Assembly (NCBI GenBank): GCA_030704615.1
Contig: CM060731.1
Coordinates: 86,862,001 to 86,926,000, forward strand
Reading direction: 5' to 3'
Origin: Takakia lepidozioides
Lineage: Eukaryota; Plantae; Bryophyta
DNA: 64,000 bases
Numbering within the stretch: position 1 is the stretch's first letter; each line of letters begins with the position of its first letter. Under the pieces are notes generated by a model. It ran no database searches, was not told the origin of the DNA, and saw nothing but the letters and a program-made list of their open reading frames with translations. This document shows positions 62,994 to 64,000 of this stretch, piece after piece. Both the position numbers and the translations under genes were made by a program.

Positions 62994-63160
62994 CACTACA
63001 ACAAATCCTGGCTTTTAGGTCTGCTATTTTCCAGTCGTATCAGCCTTTTATGACTGCATGACTGCCCGGTCAGATACACCCAGTCAGTTGTGACAAATGA
63101 GTCGTAAGCGCCATAGAGTCGTATATGCCAGTCGTGGTGCTCACTGTTGACGTGACAATT
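62994..63160 (+). mobile_element. Probable CACTA (En/Spm) element left terminus
   Basis: CACTACAACAAA begins exactly where MULE homology stops, followed by repeated AGTCGT motifs; the partner end is not seen. Confidence 0.55.
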
Positions 63161-64000
63161 TTATGTTCCTCTTTTCATCATACTCAAAGTTCTATAGGAT
63201 ATAGGTATAGATGAGTGTTGAGCAGGTATACAATTTACCTAGATACCGGATGTATCATCTGGGTATATCGGGGTAAGGTTACCCAATAATAAATAATGTA
63301 TTACGCCTCCCGAAAGAAGCATAAATTATGGTGTCTCTCTTGACCTAGAAGGGCTACTGCCTGCTTGCATATAGGTGGACACTTTCGTAACACCAATTGG
63401 TGGAACCCAAAACCACTTCCGAGGTGGTATATGCCCATTACCACTAGGCTACAACTTGGTTGTCAAGTTACCCATATATATACCCAGACTAGGTTGAAGA
63501 GTAAAACACCAACGTTTACCCAACCCTTAGGACGGATATTGTTTTTCTTGGCGAGTAAATGACCGTCATTATCTTCTAGTTGTGCCACTCGACTTCATTC
63601 CCTTGCTCATTAAATTGTACCTCAAGGACGATCGCAAATCCCAAAACAATGAATACCATTATGGAGGTACTAGTGCAATTTTCTAGGCTTCTTCATGGCA
63701 AGCTTTGCCCTTGGACATGCACCTATATTTTGTTTCTACATTCTTGAGATTGAAACTTGGTTTTTAAGCATTAATTTATTATGCTCAAGATATATTTCAA
63801 AATCCATTCAATTTTAATTTCTTGTGGTTACATCTAATGGGTTCTTTTTTCTTTTCTTTTTTTTTCAAGAAAGAGGGACGGTGGCCTCGATAAACTTTAT
63901 AGCAGCTGGACAAAAAGGTCCGATAAATACAAAATATGGAAGTCTAGGTGGAAAAAATAACCACCTGTGGAGGCTTACTATGGAGGCATACCCACGCAAG

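Overview
Eukaryotic, transposon-saturated window. Spliceosomal GT-AG introns, Ty3/gypsy elements and Mutator- and CACTA-type ends point to a plant, possibly a non-seed plant (inference only). I see no intact host gene. Three related Ty3/gypsy copies (A, B, C) are nested with a Mutator-like (MULE) DNA transposon family that has short asymmetric TIRs (GAGGTTT[G/A]CTATTTCATGAGC / GGGGGCTGCTATTTCATGAGC) and 8-9 bp TSDs. Copies 1-3 (2090-9719, 16674-24157 and the duplicated partial 27270-32746) are ~7.5-kb defective elements. Copy 4 is a ~15.3-kb complete-type element, now split by an ~8.1-kb inversion (39582-52001 plus 57267-60083). It carries a GCM/WRKY-like Zn finger + DDE + SWIM transposase. 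It also carries an intron-containing gene resembling a ParB/Srx domain fused to a beta-class amino (N4C/N6A) DNA methyltransferase, and a head-to-head pair of unknown paralogous ORFs. Both MULE subfamilies contain dozens of copies of a subfamily-specific 22-bp palindrome (GGAAAT[T/G]CGGCGCCG[A/C]ATTTCC) on a strict 53-bp (five helical turn) lattice, although their spacers look unrelated. The best candidate for a novel system is this transposon-encoded ParB-methyltransferase together with its phased palindrome arrays, possibly a self-recognition or anti-silencing module. All domain calls come from reading motifs by eye, not from database searches.
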